From: Octopus vulgaris
Lineage: Eukaryota
Assembly (NCBI GenBank): GCA_951406725.2
Contig: OX597842.1
Location: forward strand, 18,290,001-18,354,000
Reading direction: 5' to 3'
Length of the DNA stretch: 64,000 bases
A program made the position numbers and the translations under genes. Within the stretch, counting starts at the first letter, position 1. Every line of letters starts with the position of its first letter. The notes under the pieces were generated by a model. That model saw only the letters and a list, made by a program, of their open reading frames with translations. It was not told the DNA's origin and made no database searches. Positions 56,469 through 64,000 of the stretch are shown one piece after another.

Positions 56469-56587
56469 GGACCCCTATTTTAGGATCGAGATGAAAGTTG
56501 GAACAGGAGAAAAACGATTCATCGCTGCTAGAAAAAATGGAACCCATGAAGAGTTTGATATTTCTATCAAAAACGAAGACGAAAAAA
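56469..56587 (+). CDS. Host gene exon 5 (DPYFRIEMKV...KNEDEK)
   Basis: TTTTTTCAG acceptor and A|GTAAAA donor; 119 nt, phase 2 to 1, open frame. Confidence 0.75.
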
Positions 56588-56618
56588 GTAAAATATATCC
56601 TCTTAATTTGAATTCAGC

Positions 56619-57000
56619 GGAGGCGCAATGGCCCAATGGTTAGGGCAGCGGACTCGCGGTCGTAGGATCGCGGTTTCGATTCCCAGACCGGGCGTTGTGA
56701 GTGTTTATTGAGCGAAAAACAGCTAAAGCTCCACGAGGCTCCGGCAGGGGATGGTGGTGATCCCTGCTGTACTCTTTCACCACAACTTTTCTCACTCTTA
56801 CTTCCTGTTTCTGTTGTACCTGTATTTCAAAGGGCCGGCCTTGTCACTCTCTGTGTCACGCTGAATATCCCCGAGAACTACGTTAAGGGTACACGTGTCT
56901 GTGGAGTGCTCAGCCACTTACACGTTAATTTCACGAGCAGGCTGTTCCGTTGATCGGATCAACCGGAACCCTCGTCGTCGTAACCGACGGAGTGCTTCCA
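56619..57000 (+). mobile_element. Chimeric SINE (family D-like head plus family C 3' half)
   Basis: The head resembles 56197-56360 (-); 56815-56992 matches 15430-15607. Confidence 0.85.
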
Positions 57001-57026
57001 TCCAATTTGAATTCAAATTATCGTAT

Positions 57027-57069
<43 letters not shown>

Positions 57070-57099
57070 GTTTTCATGCAGCATTTTCTGATAGATATA

Positions 57100-57312
57100 C
57101 TCTTTACTCTTTTACTTGTTTCAGTCATTTGACTGCGGCCATGCTGGAGCACCGACTTTAATCGAGCAAATCGACTCCAGGACTTATTCTTTTGTAAGCC
57201 CAGTACTTATTCTATCGGTCTCTTTTGCCGAACCGCTAAGTAACGGGGACATAAACACATCAGCATCGGTTGTCAAGCGATGCTATGAGGACAAACACAG
57301 ACATACACACGC
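57100..57312 (-). mobile_element. SINE family A, 3' half
   Basis: Tail module. Confidence 0.85.
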
Positions 57313-57343
<31 letters not shown>

Positions 57344-57412
57344 TATACTCTTATATATGTATACATATATATACACATATATACTATAAATATCACATGT
57401 ACAAAGATCATT

Positions 57413-57473
57413 TGAGATCGTTACGTTTCTAGATTAGTTGAATTTAACCTCAACATTTCCTTCGTCAGCTCGA
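57413..57473 (-). ncRNA. Degenerate hammerhead-like motif
   Basis: The minus strand reads CGAG-CTGACGA-aGGAaatGTTGA..TCAACtaaTCTa-GAAA-CGTaACG-AT-CTC. The U of the cleavage triplet is replaced by A. Confidence 0.45.
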
Positions 57474-57927
57474 CATTTCTTAATTTGGATTTGAAAGCAC
57501 TAAAAATTGAACGTACCCGTCTGATATGAGTAATCTCAGACGAACCATCTCCAAACTGCCAGTGCCAACAAATTCAAAAGTAAGAGTGAAGATTCGTATT
57601 CCTCACGCTTCCATCCACGTGAGTTATAGAGTAAACAAATTTTGGCGGTGAGAACCGTAGTAAAAAGCAGGGAGAGAGGAATTGTATTATCAATAATAAA
57701 AGGGTAAAATCAATTAATTATTAATTAATTTCACCAAGTAGTGTTCAGTATGTAAAAGGGACCATTCAAGGTATATTCAAGATATTACGTTATATAATTA
57801 GGGCTCAGTAAAATAATTTACTTTGCCAGATACTGAAACTTTTAGAAATAGCAGCCAAAAAGTTTTTTTAGCCATTTCTTCTACTATAAGAAAATTTTCC
57901 CAGATAGTGTTTACTCAAAAATAATTC

Positions 57928-57964
<37 letters not shown>

Positions 57965-58432
57965 CAGTCGTTGTAGCAACACGTATTTGTTGTTTCGCAT
58001 GGCCATAAGGCACTCCTCTACAAGCGAGCCCCAAACTCAACTCCTCCTGTCGAAAGACCCTTGTCCTACGTCCTGGTTTTGTTTTTATCCTTACCATTAT
58101 TGTTTTTACATTTTTGTATTCTTATTCGTGCTTTCCTTATTGTTTTTACGTATTTTTGTATTTTATATTCGTGTACATCGTCCGTTTTCCGTCCTTGTGT
58201 TGTATACATTCGAGGCCTTCTTCCAAGGGATCTAATGCGCTTGGCTTAGATTTCTCTTGGTGGCTGCCCAGGTCGGAGCAATCTCAAGATTAATCAGCCG
58301 AAATTGCGAAGATGATCCGGTTCTTGACTGATGACTGAGGGCTTCGAATGTGTCCCGTCCTGTGGTTCTTGTGTCGTCTTCTAGGTGTTTCACGTTCTTG
58401 TCCCAGTTTGTATATATTTTTTTACTTTTACA

Positions 58433-58506
<74 letters not shown>

Positions 58507-58641
58507 AATATTATTATTGAATGGAAGAAATGGAGTTGAACGAAGATTGTACAGAATTCCTTTTATTACATTCTGAATGTAATAAAAGGAATTCTGTACA
58601 ATCTTCGTTCAACTCCATTTCTTCCATTCAATAATAATATT
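58507..58641. repeat. Perfect palindrome (67-bp arms, 1-nt centre)
   Basis: 58507-58573 is the reverse complement of 58575-58641. Confidence 0.95.
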
Positions 58642-58792
58642 AAACTTCATTTATCCGCACCAACGCACGGTTGCAACACCAAATGGTCTTATCTCCAACC
58701 GTGTATTTTCTGCTGTGATTTTTGCTACCCAGGTATCGGTTAAACTTTTGAATAATCTGTAACAAGAAAATTCATCTTTCTATTTCAACAAA

Positions 58793-58882
<90 letters not shown>

Positions 58883-58917
58883 ACAGAATATAGGAGAAAC
58901 TTTTTATCTTTCTAACT

Positions 58918-59015
58918 CCTTATTACACGTGTTTCCTTACAAGAAAAGAATTACAAAGTTTCACATTTAGAAGAAATATGTATAAAATCTGCAATCCGTA
59001 ATTCTTCAGACAAAA
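58918..59015 (-). ncRNA. Degenerate hammerhead-like motif with a long stem II insert
   Basis: The minus strand reads TTTTGT-CTGAAGA-aTTACGG...TTGTAAg-GAAA-CACGTG-TA-ATAAGG. Stem III is palindromic and stem I is rich in G-U pairs. Confidence 0.45.
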
Positions 59016-59068
59016 ATTTTTTAAATATTTTTGACAAAATTTTCGCTCCATTTTGTTATTTTTTTTAG

Positions 59069-59118
59069 GTGTCTTCAGAAAATACGACGCTTTGATCATC
59101 TCAGTGATTTTGATGTAG
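59069..59118 (+). CDS. Host gene last coding exon (SVFRKYDALIISVILM*)
   Basis: Poly-T plus AG acceptor, phase 1, TAG at 59116-59118. Confidence 0.72.
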
Positions 59119-59119
59119 A

Positions 59120-59373
59120 GTTTCTTAAACGAGGGACATATTCATACGGCACTGAATGTTTTCACCTCAATAGACATCAGTGATTGGTTGAAATTGCAGA
59201 AATTGAAGAAAAGTAAAAAAAAAACCCAAATATCTTACAAACTATAGAATTTTCTCAATAAAGCCAAGAGAAAAAGATGTTTTATAAACACATTCTACCA
59301 GTATACGAAGTTTAAAAGTGTTTAGTTACGTGGAAATTATTTTAAAAAACTGCCGTTCAAACCGAAAAGATCC
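59120..59373. mobile_element. Truncated inverted copy of the 38.2-kb MITE, directly after the stop codon
   Basis: Reverse complement of about 38235-38488. Confidence 0.9.
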
Positions 59374-62300
59374 CAAATATCTTACAAACTATAGAATTTT
59401 CTCAATAAAGCCAAGAGAAAAAGATGTTTTATAAACACATTCTACCAGTATACGAAGTTTAAAAGTGTTTAGTTACGTGGAAATTATTTTAAAAAACTGC
59501 CGTTCAAACCGAAAAGATCCCAAATATCTTACAAACTATAGGATTTTCTCAATAAAGCCAAGAGAAAAAGATGTTTTATAAACACATTCTACCAGTATAC
59601 GAAGTTTAAAAGTGTTTAGTTACGTGGAAATTATTTTTAAAAACTGCCGTTCAAATCGAAAAGATCCCAAATATCTTACAAACTATAGGATTTTCTCAAT
59701 AAAGCCAAGAGAAAAAGATGTTTTATAAACACATTCAACCATTATAAGAAGTTTAAAAGTGTTTAGTTACGTGGAAATTATTTTAAAAAACTGCCGTTCA
59801 AACCGAAAAGATCCCAAATATCTTACAAACTATAGAATTTTCTCAATAAAGCCAAGAGAAAAAGATGTTTTATAAACACATTCTACCAGTATACGAAGTT
59901 TAAAAGTGTTTAGTTACGTGGAAATTATTTAAAAAAACTGCCGGTCAAACCGAAAAGACCCAAATATCTTACAAACTATAGAATTTTCTCAATAAAGCCA
60001 AGAGAAAAAGATGTTTTATAAACACATTCTACCAGTATACGAAGTTTAAAAGTGTTTAGTTACGTGGAAATTATTTTAAAAAACTGCCGTTCAAACCGAA
60101 AAGATCCCAAATATCTTACAAACTATAGAATTTTCTCAATAAAGCCAAGAGAAAAAGATGTTTTATAAACACATTCTACCAGTATACGAAGTTTAAAAGT
60201 GTTTAGTTACGTGGAAATTATTTTAAAAACTGCCGTTCAAACCGAAAAGATCCCAAATATCTTACAAACTATAGAATTTTCTCAATAAAGCCAAGAGAAA
60301 AAGATGTTTTATAAACACATTCTACCAGTATACGAAGTTTAAAAGTGTTTAGTTACGTGGAAATTATTTTAAAAAACTGCCGTTCAAACCGAAAAGGTCC
60401 CAAATATCTTACAAACTATAGAATTTTCTCAATAAAGCCAAGAGAAAAAGATGTTTTATAAACACATTCTACCAGTATACGAAGTTTAAAAGTGTTTAGT
60501 TACGTGGAAATTATTTTAAAAAACTGCCGTTCAAATGGAAAAGATCCCAAATATCTTACAAACTATAGAATTTTCTCAATAAAGCCAAGAGAAAAAGATG
60601 TTTTATAAACACATTCTACCAGTATACGAAGTTTAAAAGTGTTTAGTTACGTGGAAATTATTTTAAAAAACTGCCGTTCAAATGGAAAAGATCCCAAATA
60701 TCTTACAAACTATAGAATTTTCTCAATAAAGCCAAGAGAAAAAGATGTTTTATAAACACATTCTACCAGTATACGAAGTTTAAAAGTGTTTAGTTACGTG
60801 GAAATTATTTTAAAAAACTGCCGTTCAAACCGAAAAGATCCCAAATATCTTACAAACTATAGAATTTTCTCAATAAAGCCAAGAGAAAAAGATGTTTTAT
60901 AAACACATTCTACCAGTATACGAAGTTTAAAAGTGTTTAGTTACGTGGAAATTATTTTAAAAAACTGCCGTTCAAATGGAAAAGATCCCAAATATCTTAC
61001 AAACTATAGAATTTTCTCAATAAAGCCAAGAGAAAAAGATGTTTTATAAACACATTCTACCAGTATACGAAGTTTAAAAGTGTTTAGTTACGTGGAAATT
61101 ATTTTAAAAAACTGCCGTTCAAACCGAAAAGATCCCAAATATCTTACAAACTATAGAATTTTCTCAATAAAGCCAAGAGAAAAAGATGTTTTATAAACAC
61201 ATTCTACCAGTATACGAAGTTTAAAAGTGTTTAGTTACGTGGAAATTATTTTAAAAAACTGCCGTTCAAACCGAAAAGATCCCAAATATCTTACAAACTA
61301 TAGGATTTTCTCAATAAAGCCAAGAGAAAAAGATGTTTTATAAACACATTCTACCAGTATACGAAGTTTAAAAGTGTTTAGTTACGTGGAAATTATTTTA
61401 AAAAACTGCCGTTCAAACCGAAAAGATCCCAAATATCTTACAAACTATAGGATTTTCTCAATAAAGCCAAGAGAAAAAGATGCTTTTATAAACACATTCT
61501 ACCAGTATACGAAGTTTAAAAGTGTTTAGTTACGTGGAAATTATTTTAAAAAACTGCCGTTCAAACCGAAAAGATCCCAAATATCTTACAAACTATAGGA
61601 TTTTCTCAATAAAGCCAAGAGAAAAAGATGTTTTATAAACACATTCTACCAGTATACGAAGTTTAAAAGTGTTTAGTTACGTGGAAATTATTTTAAAAAA
61701 CTGCCGGTCAAACCGAAAAGATCCCAAATATCTTACAAACTATAGAATTTTCTCAATAAAGCCAAGAGAAAAGATGTTTTATAAACATATTCTACCAGTA
61801 TACGAAGTTTAAAAGTGTTTAGTTACGTGGAAATTATTTTAAAAAACTGCCGTTCAAACCGAAAAGATCCCAAATATCTTACAAACTATAGATTTTCTCA
61901 ATAAAGCCAAGAGAAAAAGATGTTTTATAAACGCATTCTACCAGAATACGAAGTTTAAAAGTGTTTAGTTACGTGGAAATTATTTTAATAAACTGCCGTT
62001 CAAACGGAAAAGATCCCAAATATCTTACAAACTATAGAATTTTCTCAATAAAGCCAAGAGAAAAAGATGTTTTATAAACACATTCTACCAGTATACGAAG
62101 TTTAAAAGTGTTTAGTTACGTGGAAATTATTTAAAAAACTGCCGGTCAAACCGAAAAGATCCCAAATATCTTACAAACTATAGAATTTTCTCAATAAAGC
62201 CAAGAGAAAAAGATGTTTTATAAACACATTCTACCAGTATACGAAGTTTAAAAGTGTTTAGTTACGTGGAAATTATTTTAAAAAACTGCCGTTCAAACCG

Positions 62301-64000
62301 AAAAGATCCCAAATATCTTACAAACTATAGAATTTTCTCAATAAAGCCAAGAGAAAAAGATGTTTTATAAACACATTCTACCAGTATACGAAGTTTAAAA
62401 GTGTTTAGTTACGTGGAAATTATTTTAAAAAGCTGCCGTTCAAACCGAAAAGATCCCAAATATCTTACAAACTATAGAATTTTCTCAATAAAGCCAAGAG
62501 AAAAAGATGTTTTATAAACACATTCTACCAGTATACGAAGTTTAAAAGTGTTTAGTTACGTGGAAATTATTTTAAAAAACTGCCGTTCAAACCGAAAAGA
62601 TCCCAAATATCTTACAAACTATAGAATTTTCTCAATAAAGCCAAGAGAAAAAGATGTTTTATAAACACATTCTACCAGTATACGAAGTTTAAAAGTGTTT
62701 AGTTACGTGGAAATTATTTTAAAAAACTGCCGTTCAAATGGAAAAGATCCCAAATATCTTACAAACTATAGAATTTTCTCAATAAAGCCAAGAGAAAAAG
62801 ATGTTTTATAAACACATTCTACCAGTATACGAAGTTTAAAAGTGTTTAGTTACGTGGAAATTATTTTAAAAACTGCCGTTCAAACCGAAAAGATCCCAAA
62901 TATCTTACAAACTATAGAATTTTCTCAATAAAGCCAAGAGAAAAAGATGTTTTATAAACACATTCTACCAGTATACGAAGTTTAAAAGTGTTTAGTTACG
63001 TGGAAATTATTTTAAAAAACTGCCGTTCAAACCGAAAAGATCCCAAATATCTTACAAACTATAGAATTTTCTCAATAAAGCCAAGAGAAAAAGATGTTTT
63101 ATAAACACATTCTACCAGTATACGAAGTTTAAAAGTGTTTAGTTACGTGGAAATTATTTTAAAAAACTGCCGTTCAAACCGAAAAGATCCCAAATATCTT
63201 ACAAACTATAGAATTTTCTCAATAAAGCCAAGAGAAAAAGATGTTTTATAAACACATTCTACCAGTATACGAAGTTTAAAAGTGTTTAGTTACGTGGAAA
63301 TTATTTTAAAAAACTGCCGTTCAAACCGAAAAGATCCCAAATATCTTACAAACTATAGAATTTTCTCAATAAAGCCAAGAGAAAAAGATGTTTTATAAAC
63401 ACATTCTACCAGTATACGAAGTTTAAAAGTGTTTAGTTACGTGGAAATTATTTTAAAAAACTGCCGTTCAAACCGAAAAGATCCCAAATATCTTACAAAC
63501 TATAGAATTTTCTCAATAAAGCCAAGAGAAAAAGATGTTTTATAAACACATTCTACCAGTATACGAAGTTTAAAAGTGTTTAGTTACGTGGAAATTATTT
63601 TAAAAAACTGCCGTTCAAATGGAAAAGATCCCAAATATCTTACAAACTATAGAATTTTCTCAATAAAGCCAAGAGAAAAAGATGTTTTATAAACACATTC
63701 TACCAGTATACGAAGTTTAAAAGTGTTTAGTTACGTGGAAATTATTTTAAAAAACTGCCGTTCAAACCGAAAAGATCCCAAATATCTTACAAACTATAGA
63801 ATTTTCTCAATAAAGCCAAGAGAAAAAGATGTTTTATAAACACATTCTACCAGTATACGAAGTTTAAAAGTGTTTAGTTACGTGGAAATTATTTTAAAAA
63901 ACTGCCGTTCAAACCGAAAAGATCCCAAATATCTTACAAACTATAGAATTTTCTCAATAAAGCCAAGAGAAAAAGATGTTTTATAAACATATTCTACCAG
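59225..64000 (+). repeat. 147-bp satellite (at least 32 units) derived from the MITE terminus
   Basis: CCCAAATATC occurs at 59225, 59372, 59519 and onward. Each unit ends in the MITE TIR, and the array runs off the window. Confidence 0.97.

Noticed and set aside
58325-58362. CTGATGA...GAAT motif within an unidentified repeat (57963-58410)
   Set aside because: The second core box is not GAAA and the stems are unconvincing.
59225-64000. CRISPR-like appearance of regular repeats (also 38810-40992 and 43378-46190)
   Set aside because: Units are contiguous with no unique spacers, there are no cas genes, and the context is eukaryotic.

Overview
Repeat-dominated, AT-rich animal genomic DNA. The SINE/LINE repertoire and the dense (TA)n/(CA)n/(TATG)n tracts are most consistent with an octopus (coleoid cephalopod) assembly, and there are two 100-N scaffold gaps. 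Almost all ORFs in the supplied track are microsatellite artefacts. Supported content: (1) a 5'-truncated Penelope-like element (GIY-YIG, Nematis-like) folded into a >=6.7 kb palindrome, with a hammerhead ribozyme at its 3' end; (2) several other short, apparently unrelated hammerhead-bearing elements lodged between microsatellites; (3) a near-complete CR1/L2-group LINE, its fragments, and a SINE family sharing its 3' hairpin; (4) RTE, CR1, mariner, Helitron and MITE fragments; (5) a manually assembled six-exon host gene (38026-59118, +, 286 aa) encoding a probably secreted protein with a PAN/apple-like domain carrying a 6x VSSAND insertion; (6) a 147-bp satellite made from a MITE end, starting just after that gene's stop codon and carrying one sense AATAAA per unit; (7) a tandem array of an RTE-type 5' leader with an HDV-ribozyme-like fold. 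All family assignments come from motif recognition by eye, not database searches.
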